The translations under genes were made by a program, and so were the position numbers. The notes beneath the pieces were generated by a model. It was given only the letters and a program-made list of their open reading frames with translations, did not search any database and was not told the origin of the DNA. Below are positions 7,884-15,852 of a DNA stretch of 64,000 nucleotides, one piece after another (the stretch's first letter is position 1; every line of letters starts with the position of its first letter). The stretch comes from Candidatus Saccharimonadota bacterium (GTDB lineage Bacteria > Patescibacteriota > Saccharimonadia > Saccharimonadales > JACDBH01), in NCBI GenBank assembly GCA_013694995.1, contig JACDBH010000001.1, positions 2,145 to 66,144 on the forward strand. The letters run 5' to 3'.

Positions 7884-7949
7884 GGAAGCCGGCAGAGCAG
7901 AGAAGACAACGCTGTCTTCAGAACTCTGACCGGTATCCGTTCCTTCTTC

Positions 7950-8435
7950 TCAGCCGAAGCTGTGTGATACGAGGCCGTGTCCGCCCTTGCTGCTGGTCGC
8001 CATCGCGTTCATGAGCTTGCCAACTGGGGCGTTGTGCTCTTCGATCAGCAGGTCGAGTTCGGCATGGCCGAAGTTTTGGGTAGACTCACAAACCATGAGC
8101 ATGAACTTACGGACGACCTCTTTGGCCTGTTCGTCGCTGGTGACTGCATCGCTCATCTCGATGATGAGGAAGTGCTCGCCGCCGTTGATGTCGATGATTT
8201 CCGCGATGCCGCGCCGCTTGCGGAGCAGACCCAGAAGCATTTCTTGTGCATACGGTGAGTTGACCGGCGCATCCGTCCAGAGACGAACTGCGTAGGTTTG
8301 ACCCCCGTAAACCTGTTGTATGTTGAAGGAACCGAGTTTGTTCTCGTACACTTGCACTTCCTTTATAAGGTAGTGGGTGGATTGGATATCCCGATGGGAT
8401 TGCAGAATAATACGCTTAAACTGCTTATTTTTCAA
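7950..8435 (-). CDS. hypothetical protein (161 aa)
   Basis: ORF with a TTG start (first start codon after the upstream in-frame TAG) and no obvious SD. Balanced composition; no recognisable domain. Confidence 0.45.
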   Translation of the reverse strand: MKNKQFKRIILQSHRDIQSTHYLIKEVQVYENKLGSFNIQQVYGGQTYAVRLWTDAPVNSPYAQEMLLGLLRKRRGIAEIIDINGGEHFLIIEMSDAVTSDEQAKEVVRKFMLMVCESTQNFGHAELDLLIEEHNAPVGKLMNAMATSSKGGHGLVSHSFG

Positions 8436-8443
8436 GCATAAAG

Positions 8444-8472
8444 TTGCAAAATATATAAAAACATTCTACAAT
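8444..8472 (+). promoter_or_regulatory. sigma70-type promoter TTGCAA-17-TACAAT
   Basis: TTGCAA 8444-8449, 17-nt spacer, TACAAT 8467-8472; 16 nt upstream of ATG 8489. Confidence 0.55.
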
Positions 8473-8488
8473 ATGTGGTAGATTTAAT

Positions 8489-9031
8489 ATGATATCAATG
8501 GAAAATGATCAACCACAAGTTAGGAATGAGGTAGAGCTGGAGGAAAACCTCCGGGCTACTGCATTACAGTTAGCAACGCGAGAATACCGCCAAGCGCTTT
8601 TCTTGGATGATACAAGAGACGGGTATTTACAAGGTGTGCAATTTGAAACTCCTGAGCCCACAACCGCTTTTAGGATGGACTCCAAGCGGGCATTTATAAC
8701 CGATAGTCAAGAAATTATTAAGCAAAAATTATACGTCTATGTGCCGCAAGACACTGATTTTAGGGTATTTCTTCCGAAAATATGGACGAAGTTTGTGTTA
8801 CAGACGGGCGAGAAAGGCATGTTCGCCGTAGATCAGAAAGGTGCCCGGGTATACCGCCGGCATCCATCTGAGTTGTCAATTCCGCCGCTGCCAGATACAG
8901 AAATTGAAGGTGATTTTACTGTGCGCCGTATGCTAGAAGCTGGAGTACGGCAAAAAGTCGCAATCAGGGGCTTGAAGGCAATTATCAAAGCTATGAGAGA
9001 TGATTTCGAGCACGTGCCCTTTTATTCGTAA
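8489..9031 (+). CDS. hypothetical protein (180 aa)
   Basis: ORF with its own promoter; no recognisable domain. Confidence 0.55.
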   Translation: MISMENDQPQVRNEVELEENLRATALQLATREYRQALFLDDTRDGYLQGVQFETPEPTTAFRMDSKRAFITDSQEIIKQKLYVYVPQDTDFRVFLPKIWTKFVLQTGEKGMFAVDQKGARVYRRHPSELSIPPLPDTEIEGDFTVRRMLEAGVRQKVAIRGLKAIIKAMRDDFEHVPFYS

Positions 9032-9096
9032 AATCTAAGTCATGTAAACTGAAGCCTGTTAAAATACCAATCAGACAATAATGTTTGGGGGGTTTG

Positions 9097-10434
9097 ATGG
9101 AGTCTATATTCAAGGCCTATGATGTTAGGGGTAAAGTCGGATCAGAATTAACTCCGGAAGTGTTGCAAAAAATCGGACAAGCTTTCGGGGACTGGATGCC
9201 AGAAGAAGGTGCGGTTGCAGTAGGGCGCGACATGCGCCCCGATAGCGCTGAACTCGCGGCAGCTTTGATATTAGGTTTAACAACGCAGGGCAGGGATGTC
9301 ATAGATATCGGCGAGGTTACAAGTGATATGATTTACTTCGCTGTCGGCTATCTGGGACTCTCAGGAGGGGCTATGGTTACCGCCAGCCACAATCCCGGAG
9401 AATATAACGGGATTAAATTATGTGCGGACGAAGCCAAGCCAATCGGCGAAGAATCGGGCTTATTCGAAATCCGCGATGCTGCAATTGCCGAGGCGTTTAA
9501 ACCAGTTAACAAAATGGGTGCTGTCAGCCAGAAGGATATAAGTGAAGCGTGGGTGCAGCATGTTCTGAGTTTCATTGACATTAAGTCTTTGAAATCGGTC
9601 AAAATAGCTGTCGACGCCGGCAACGGCATGGCAGGCAAAATCTTTCCAATTTTGGAGCCGTTTGTGCCATGGCGGGTAACGCAGATATATTTTGAGCTTG
9701 ACGGTACTTTCCCTAACCACATCGCTAATCCTCTGGAACCTAAGAATCTAGTGGACTTGCAAAAGGAGCTTCGTACCGGTGGCTATGCGGCGGGGGTTGC
9801 CTTTGACGGCGACGGAGACAGGGCTGTATTGGTAGATGAAGCGGGCGAGCCTTTGAGTGGAACAGTTATGACTGCAATCCTTGCCGAATATTTTCTTCTG
9901 AAAAGTCCCGACGCAACTATTTTGCATAATGCTATTTGTGGCCGGGCTGTGGTAGAGGCTATTGAAAGAGGTGGGGGAAAAGCAGTGCGGACACGCGTTG
10001 GGCACTCTTTCATAAAAGGCGATATGCGCAAGCACAGCGCGGTTTTTGCTGGCGAGCACAGTGGCCATTATTATTTCAAAGACAATTTTATGGCAGATTC
10101 AGGACTGATAGCCGCCGTCATCGGGCTTTATATTATGGATCAAAGCGGTAAGAAGCTGTCGGAGCTGGCTGCGCCGTTCCGCAAAGCCTACGTACAAATT
10201 TCCGAGACAAACTTTGAGGTTGCAGACAAGAATGCTGTAATCGAAAAACTAACGAAAATTTTCCGGGATGGCAACCAGGACACCCTAGACGGGTTAACCG
10301 TTAGTTATAAAGATGGCTGGTTTAACGTGCGGCCAAGCAACACAGAGCCACTGCTCAGGCTTAACGCGGAATTTAAGGATCAAATCCGTCTGGACGAGAT
10401 AGTGCAAAGTGTTACGAATGTCATAGGGTCTTGA
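9097..10434 (+). CDS. phosphomannomutase/phosphoglucomutase
   Basis: FKAYDVRGKV N-terminus, active-site TASHNPGEYNGIK, metal loop FDGDGDR, GEHSGHYYF. ATG 9097 is preferred over the ORF-track TTG at 9085. Confidence 0.88.
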   Translation: MESIFKAYDVRGKVGSELTPEVLQKIGQAFGDWMPEEGAVAVGRDMRPDSAELAAALILGLTTQGRDVIDIGEVTSDMIYFAVGYLGLSGGAMVTASHNPGEYNGIKLCADEAKPIGEESGLFEIRDAAIAEAFKPVNKMGAVSQKDISEAWVQHVLSFIDIKSLKSVKIAVDAGNGMAGKIFPILEPFVPWRVTQIYFELDGTFPNHIANPLEPKNLVDLQKELRTGGYAAGVAFDGDGDRAVLVDEAGEPLSGTVMTAILAEYFLLKSPDATILHNAICGRAVVEAIERGGGKAVRTRVGHSFIKGDMRKHSAVFAGEHSGHYYFKDNFMADSGLIAAVIGLYIMDQSGKKLSELAAPFRKAYVQISETNFEVADKNAVIEKLTKIFRDGNQDTLDGLTVSYKDGWFNVRPSNTEPLLRLNAEFKDQIRLDEIVQSVTNVIGS

Positions 10435-10459
10435 CCCAAAATTAGCACTCGGCTATTAT
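10431..10459 (+). promoter_or_regulatory. groESL promoter TTGACC-17-TATTAT
   Basis: TTGACC 10431-10436, 17-nt spacer, TATTAT 10454-10459. Overlaps the CIRCE inverted repeat. Confidence 0.6.
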
Positions 10460-10468
10460 GAGTGCTGA
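10442..10468. promoter_or_regulatory. CIRCE operator (HrcA binding site)
   Basis: TTAGCACTC-N9-GAGTGCTGA against the consensus TTAGCACTC-N9-GAGTGCTAA, upstream of groES. Confidence 0.85.
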
Positions 10469-10594
10469 TAAGTTGGTGGTATTTGCGAGAATCACTAACT
10501 TTTCCTGAACAATACACCGCCCGTCCTAAAAAGAAGCCAAGCTATTCTTTGGCCGGATGTTGCGATGTTCAGATATAACCATAAGGGAGGTTTT

Positions 10595-10861
10595 ATGAGT
10601 GTACCAATCCGGCCACTGGCCGATTACGTCGTAGCCCAGAGCGAAGAGGCCGAAACCAAGACCGCCAGCGGCCTGTATCTGCCAGAGGCAGCCAAGGAAA
10701 AGCCGAAGACGGCTAAAGTCCTAGCAGTTGGCAAAGACGCCAAATCTATCAAAGTAGGGGACAGGATTATTTATAAGAGTTATTCAACAACCGATATCAA
10801 ATACGGTACGGAAGAATATATCCTGGTCAAAGAAGAAGACATCTTAGCAACGGTAAAATAG
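10595..10861 (+). CDS. groES: co-chaperonin GroES
   Basis: MSVPIRPLADYVVAQ...ASGLYLPEAAKEKPKTAKVLAVG, the Cpn10 pattern. ATG 10595 follows AAGGGAGG; the ORF-track start at 10565 is less likely. Confidence 0.92.
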   Translation: MSVPIRPLADYVVAQSEEAETKTASGLYLPEAAKEKPKTAKVLAVGKDAKSIKVGDRIIYKSYSTTDIKYGTEEYILVKEEDILATVK

Positions 10862-10870
10862 GAGATAATT

Positions 10871-12520
10871 ATGGCAAAAAAAGTATTTTATGATGAAGAT
10901 GCGCGCCGCCGAGTATTAGGTGGTGCCCAGATTTTATATGAAGCGGTCAAGACAACCATGGGCCCTAAAGGCCGCAACGTGGTCATTAGCAAGAGCTACG
11001 GCAATCCGACCGTCACCCATGATGGAGTCACAGTAGCCAAAGGCGTGGATATCGCCGAAGTAGACGACGAGACTTTAGGTTATAAAGTTGGCGCTGAGCT
11101 TATCAAGCAGGTTGCTAATAAGATGAATGACGTTGCCGGTGATGGAACCACCACCGTAACGGTACTTACGTATCATATGCTTTATGAGGCCAACAAACTG
11201 ATTGCAGCTGGCCACAACCCTATGCTGCTGCGCAAAGGCTTGGAAGCTGCTGCGCACGATGTAATTGCCGCTCTTGATGGTCTGAAAGAAGATATCCAGG
11301 GCAAGAAGAACAGGGTAGCTGAAGTTGCAACCATTAGTGCTGGCGACAATGAAATCGGCAATTTGATTGCTGATGTAATCGACAAAGTCGGCAAAGACGG
11401 CGTCGTGACAGTTGAAGAAGGCCAAGGGTTGGCACTTGAGTCTGAGGTTGTCGAAGGATTTACTTTTGACCGTGGGTTTGTCAGCGCCTACATGGTGACT
11501 GATACGACTCGCATGGAGGCCGTATACGAAAAGCCGGCAATACTAATCACTGATAAGAAAATCAGCAGTGTCCAGGAGTTCCTACCAGTACTTGAAAAGT
11601 TGGCCCAAGCCGGCAAAAAAGACTTGGTATTGATAGCTGAAGATGTCGAAGGTGAAGCACTGGCAACACTGGTGTTAAACCGACTAAAAGGCGTCTTTAA
11701 TACTATTGCAATCAAGGCTCCTGCTTTCGGTGACCGCCGCAAAGATATACTCAATGACATAGCAATCCTCACCGGCGGAGAGGTTATTACCGAAGACCGA
11801 GGTATAACATTCGAAAACGCCGAGCTGTCGATGATTGGTACTGCCCGCAAGGTGATTGTTACTAAAGATGAAACCACTATTATCGAAGGCGCTGGTTCGT
11901 CCGCTGAGGTCAAAGCCCGCATTGACCAAATCAATGCTCAGATTGCAGCCGCCAGCTCGGAATACGACCGTGAAAATCTTGAGAAGCGCCGGGCAGCATT
12001 AAGCGGCAAAGTCGCCGTTATTAAAGTTGGCGGTGCAACCGAGACCGAAATTGAAGAAAAGAAATTTCGCGTTGATGACGCAGTCCATGCCGTAAAAGCC
12101 GCCTTGGACGAGGGTATCGTCGCCGGTGGGGGTGTGACGCTGATTAATTTGTCAACTGCAGTCAAAGACGATCCGAAGGATGATTCTTCCATTACAGCCG
12201 GCAAGAGCATATTGCGTAGTGCGCTGGAACAACCTTTTCGCATATTGTTAACCAACGCAGGATTAAATGCCGACGAATGGCTGCCACAAGTTAAGAAAGG
12301 CAAGCTTGGCCAGGGCGTTAATGTTAATGACCCAAGTAAGTTAGTCGATCTCAAGGCTGCAGGTATTGTTGACCCGGCTCGGGTAACTAAAGAAGCCTTG
12401 CAGAATGCCGCTAGCATTGCCGGTACGGCCATGACCATGGGGGCACTGGTAGTTGATGTCCCAGAAACCAAATCAGCTCCTGATATGAGCGGAATGGGTG
12501 GCATGGGCGGAATGATGTAA
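10871..12520 (+). CDS. groEL: chaperonin GroEL
   Basis: 549 aa with AGDGTTTVTVL and VAGGGV motifs and a C-terminal GMGGMGGMM tail. Confidence 0.97.
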   Translation: MAKKVFYDEDARRRVLGGAQILYEAVKTTMGPKGRNVVISKSYGNPTVTHDGVTVAKGVDIAEVDDETLGYKVGAELIKQVANKMNDVAGDGTTTVTVLTYHMLYEANKLIAAGHNPMLLRKGLEAAAHDVIAALDGLKEDIQGKKNRVAEVATISAGDNEIGNLIADVIDKVGKDGVVTVEEGQGLALESEVVEGFTFDRGFVSAYMVTDTTRMEAVYEKPAILITDKKISSVQEFLPVLEKLAQAGKKDLVLIAEDVEGEALATLVLNRLKGVFNTIAIKAPAFGDRRKDILNDIAILTGGEVITEDRGITFENAELSMIGTARKVIVTKDETTIIEGAGSSAEVKARIDQINAQIAAASSEYDRENLEKRRAALSGKVAVIKVGGATETEIEEKKFRVDDAVHAVKAALDEGIVAGGGVTLINLSTAVKDDPKDDSSITAGKSILRSALEQPFRILLTNAGLNADEWLPQVKKGKLGQGVNVNDPSKLVDLKAAGIVDPARVTKEALQNAASIAGTAMTMGALVVDVPETKSAPDMSGMGGMGGMM

Positions 12521-12565
12521 GAATTTTAGGGAAATGACACCATTTCCAAATACAAATTAGAGATG

Positions 12566-12596
12566 AAAAAGAGCCAGAGAAGTCTTGGCTCTTTTT
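12566..12596 (+). terminator. intrinsic terminator after groEL
   Basis: AAAAAGAGCCA / TGGCTCTTTTT 11-bp stem with a 9-nt loop, ending in a T-run. Confidence 0.75.
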
Positions 12597-12669
12597 CATC
12601 CATGAAGGATATTCTTGCATAATAATCTAAAATGTAGTATTGTGTATTAATTATAGGAGTTAGTAAGTT

Positions 12670-13164
12670 ATGGCATGGTTCCGCCGCAAAAATGTTGATC
12701 CATCAGTCTTACCTGAAGTAGACAAATATTACACTGCCGAGCGCCGCGAGCGTACCGGTTTAGCGTGGCTTTTGGCGCTTGTATCAATTGCCGTAGTCGC
12801 CGCTATTATAATCGCATTATTTTTAGCAGGCCGGTTTATCTATAGCCGGATTGTCGATAAGCCCGATGATGTAGCAACTACCCAGGGCGTATCGGACCCA
12901 CAAGCCCCAAGCTTCGATGGCAATCCATCAGATAATAGTAGTAGTGAGCCTGAAAGTTCTCAGAACGGCTCTACACCTGCTATCACTGAGAATAATAATG
13001 ATGCCGAAGTAAACCCCGCTTCTCCAGGCACTTCCCCGGCTACACCTGTAACGGGTGACGACTCTTTGCCTAGCACCGGTCCTTCAAGCCTCGTCGCTGT
13101 ATTTGCAAGTGTCTCGACAGTTGCCGCAGGTGCCCATTACGCCGTTACCCGCCGCAAACAATAA
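12670..13164 (+). CDS. small LPXTG-anchored surface protein
   Basis: 164 aa with an N-terminal TM/signal-anchor segment and a Ser/Pro/Asn-rich middle. The C-terminus has LPSTG, a hydrophobic stretch and an RRKQ tail, which is a sortase sorting signal. Confidence 0.65.
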   Translation: MAWFRRKNVDPSVLPEVDKYYTAERRERTGLAWLLALVSIAVVAAIIIALFLAGRFIYSRIVDKPDDVATTQGVSDPQAPSFDGNPSDNSSSEPESSQNGSTPAITENNNDAEVNPASPGTSPATPVTGDDSLPSTGPSSLVAVFASVSTVAAGAHYAVTRRKQ

Positions 13165-13212
13165 AATCCCAGGCTATTCTCCGGCTTGCATCTTATTATT
13201 TGTACTAGAACC

Positions 13213-13767
13213 CTAGTTATCTTTGTGCTGAGTAAAGTAAGTTATTTCGTTTACGACGTCCAATAAAGCTTTGGCTCGCTTTTTCTCATCGACAATTGCT
13301 TTGGCGGCTTCGTAGGCTGTACGAACCAGGTTTTGATCGTCTGTGGCTTGGAGCATCATCATAGTGATATGAAATTTTTCTTCAGGAGACTGCTCTAAAT
13401 GGTCAATAATGGGCGAAAGCTGCTGGAGGGCTTGCTGTTTAATGGCTGCCAGATCTTCATCAGCAACGGGGGAGGCAGGGATATTAATTGGCGCCGGAGG
13501 CGATGTATTAACCGAAACCGGTACCTGAAATCCGTCTTGTGCGGGAGCTATGGGCGGATCGGTCATTATGTAGTTATTGGATGCTTCGTTGTTATCCATC
13601 TGGGGCGCCCCTTGGGACAAAACATTATCGACAGACTGCTGCATGACCTGGTCGTCAGTGCCTTGCGGCATCGGATTATTCATAAATTGCCGGTCGTTTG
13701 GCATTCCGGACTGGTCATCAGCTGCCGGTGCCGCCTGGTTATTTCGGTCGTTTCCAAACATGCCCAC
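13213..13767 (-). CDS. hypothetical Gln/Pro/Asn-rich protein (184 aa) with a helical C-terminal region
   Basis: ORF with GTG 13767 (AAGGGG 7 nt upstream) or ATG 13761 as the start; no recognisable domain. Confidence 0.55.
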   Translation of the reverse strand: MGMFGNDRNNQAAPAADDQSGMPNDRQFMNNPMPQGTDDQVMQQSVDNVLSQGAPQMDNNEASNNYIMTDPPIAPAQDGFQVPVSVNTSPPAPINIPASPVADEDLAAIKQQALQQLSPIIDHLEQSPEEKFHITMMMLQATDDQNLVRTAYEAAKAIVDEKKRAKALLDVVNEITYFTQHKDN

Positions 13768-13920
13768 CCCATTACCCCTTATTTTAATTCAAGTGTTATT
13801 ATTTATAGTCTAAATATACCATAAGCTTTTTAGAAAATAGAAATTAGGGGTTAGAAACTAGAGCTCAAAATGCTTATACTAATTATAAGTTACTATTTTT
13901 CAGTTTTAAGCGGAGGCGTT

Positions 13921-14952
13921 ATGTTAGACGATTTGAAATACATCCATGAAAAAGATGCCCAGGACGCACTGGGTATTGCCGAAAAGCAGTGGCAACAGCT
14001 GGAACATAAATTTGATTTGCCTGAGCTATCGTTCCCTATAGATAATATTGTATTTGCGGGCATGGGTGGATCAGCTTTGGCGGCGCTTTTGTCATTAAGC
14101 TGGCCAGATTACATGCTGCCGTTTGAGATTTCGCGTGATTACCAAATACCATCTTACGTCAACGAAAAGACTCTTTTTATCGCTTCTAGTTATTCTGGCA
14201 ATACCGAGGAGACGGTAGAAGCACTAGAAACAGCTGCGAGCAAGAACGCCCATATAGCGGTGATCTCATCTGGCGGAAGGCTGCAAGAAATCGCCCATGA
14301 AAGAGGCTATCCCTTTGCGCAATTACCAGGTGGTTACCAGCCACGTCATGCTGTACTGTATGGCCTAAAAGCACTTGTCACCATCTTGGAGCGGGCCAAA
14401 CTACTCAGCACAGCAAGTGCCGAGCAAAGCCTTCACGAGGCTGCCCAATTTATTCGTGAATCTACAGCTGAGTGGCGGCCGGACGTGAAGACTGTTAGCA
14501 ACCCCGCCAAGCAGCTAGCGCTTGAACTTGCCGGCAAGTCGCCGGTAATTTATGCCGGGCCGTTATTGTTCCCAGCGGCCTACAAGTGGAAGATCAGTTT
14601 CAACGAAAATGCCAAAAATGTCGCCTGGTGCAACCAGTTCCCCGAGTTCAACCATAATGAATTCTTAGGCTGGACTTCACATCCCATAGACAAGCCTTAC
14701 GGGGTAATCGAGCTGCAGTCTGACCTCGAGCATGAACGAGTACAAAAGCGTTTTACGGTTACCAATAAACTTTTAAGCGGCCGCTGGCCGCAACCGCATA
14801 TTGTCGAAGCAAAAGGGGAAACCGTACTGGAGCAGTTGCTTTGGATGGTAGCGCTGGGGGATTTTGTGTCTCTTTATGTTGCACTTTTAAATGGTCTGAA
14901 CCCGACACCGGTCGATCTTATCGAAAAGTTTAAAACGGAGTTGACCAAATAA
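13921..14952 (+). CDS. bifunctional phosphoglucose/phosphomannose isomerase (SIS domain)
   Basis: GMGGSA and SYSGNTEET SIS motifs; C-terminal half typical of PGI/PMI. ATG 13921 follows GGAGG; the ORF-track start at 13870 is less likely. Confidence 0.75.
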   Translation: MLDDLKYIHEKDAQDALGIAEKQWQQLEHKFDLPELSFPIDNIVFAGMGGSALAALLSLSWPDYMLPFEISRDYQIPSYVNEKTLFIASSYSGNTEETVEALETAASKNAHIAVISSGGRLQEIAHERGYPFAQLPGGYQPRHAVLYGLKALVTILERAKLLSTASAEQSLHEAAQFIRESTAEWRPDVKTVSNPAKQLALELAGKSPVIYAGPLLFPAAYKWKISFNENAKNVAWCNQFPEFNHNEFLGWTSHPIDKPYGVIELQSDLEHERVQKRFTVTNKLLSGRWPQPHIVEAKGETVLEQLLWMVALGDFVSLYVALLNGLNPTPVDLIEKFKTELTK

Positions 14953-14991
14953 CTTCCTGGGGTAATGTAACAATCTATTTGTTCTTTAACT

Positions 14992-15561
14992 TTACGTCAA
15001 AGTCTGTAGCTCCAGAAACTCTGCTGTGGTTTTAATGTTTTTCTGCAAGACTGCTTTATAAATTTCAGACGATGTTTGACCTTTTTGCTTCTGTCCGCTC
15101 TGCATAAGGTCATACTTGATCTGTAAGATTGCAGACCTTTGTTCACTCGTTGCATTCTGCACAAGATTAGCTATATTATCTTGTGGCAAGTCTTCTGAGA
15201 CCACAAACCACACGTCAATATTCCAGCGTTCGATAGGGAATGGAATTGTGAGCCCTAAGTACAAACCACGCGGTGCGCCGAGATTCGATAACGGTTCAAA
15301 ATTAACTCTGTCAGTGATATTTACGCTGTATGCCCAGGACTGTGAGGCGAAAGTACGGGCAATCTCTGCTCTGATCTCTGGAGTAACAGATCGTACGGCT
15401 ACACCAAAGTCCAGATCGCGATCTACCATAAGGTTATAAGCATAACTACCGTCTAGATTAACCTGGCCAAATTTCGCAAGCAGGTTTTCTAGCTTGGTTT
15501 GGGTAAGTAATTGTTCAGCCTCTTCTTTAATTTTGCGTGAATGTTCAAATGCATGATTCAT
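14992..15561 (-). CDS. nucleotidyltransferase (Pol-beta superfamily) domain protein
   Basis: 189 aa with the G-S-x10-D-x-D pattern (DGSYAYNLMVDRDLDF) and a helical C-terminal half. Confidence 0.5.
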   Translation of the reverse strand: MNHAFEHSRKIKEEAEQLLTQTKLENLLAKFGQVNLDGSYAYNLMVDRDLDFGVAVRSVTPEIRAEIARTFASQSWAYSVNITDRVNFEPLSNLGAPRGLYLGLTIPFPIERWNIDVWFVVSEDLPQDNIANLVQNATSEQRSAILQIKYDLMQSGQKQKGQTSSEIYKAVLQKNIKTTAEFLELQTLT

Positions 15562-15852
15562 GTACGTATCATATCAAAATCCATCCATTCATCATGGATG
15601 TCCCTGGTCTTAGCGGGCAGTTCAAAATGTTACCTGATTTGGGCGGTGTAAACAAACACAATAGACAGCAAGGTGCCAGCCTACAAACTCTACCATGAAA
15701 CTTTGTGGGCCGACTGAAAGGAGTCCACCTTGCGTATTGTGTTTTTTATCACCAGGCCGAGTAAAGCAACATTTTGGCCCGAGGTTTTTGCATACTTTTT
15801 GTCGGGTCAAAAAGTATGGACTTGCTTCTTCGTCTGAAGAAGATTCAAAAGA

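Noticed and set aside
7190-8014. Plus-strand ORFs 7190-7579 and 7772-8014, which share the N-terminus MVFIDIGVMGWGCIANAKAPANDYYDNNFLNQA.
   Set aside because: The shared peptide merely translates the 106-bp repeat. Downstream they are antisense to better-supported minus-strand genes, and the repeat is a hairpin followed by minus-strand terminators.
15744-15765. CCAGGCCGAGTAAAGCAAC resembling the SRP RNA helix 8 motif (CAGGUCCGGAAGGAAGCAGC).
   Set aside because: The GNRA-type tetraloop and the flanking complementary stem cannot be formed, and no 5'/3' closing helix was found.
15622-15810. 62-aa minus-strand ORF in the 290-bp spacer.
   Set aside because: Cys/His/Gly-rich, random-looking composition with no SD or promoter. 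It overlaps the hand-folded RNA helices.
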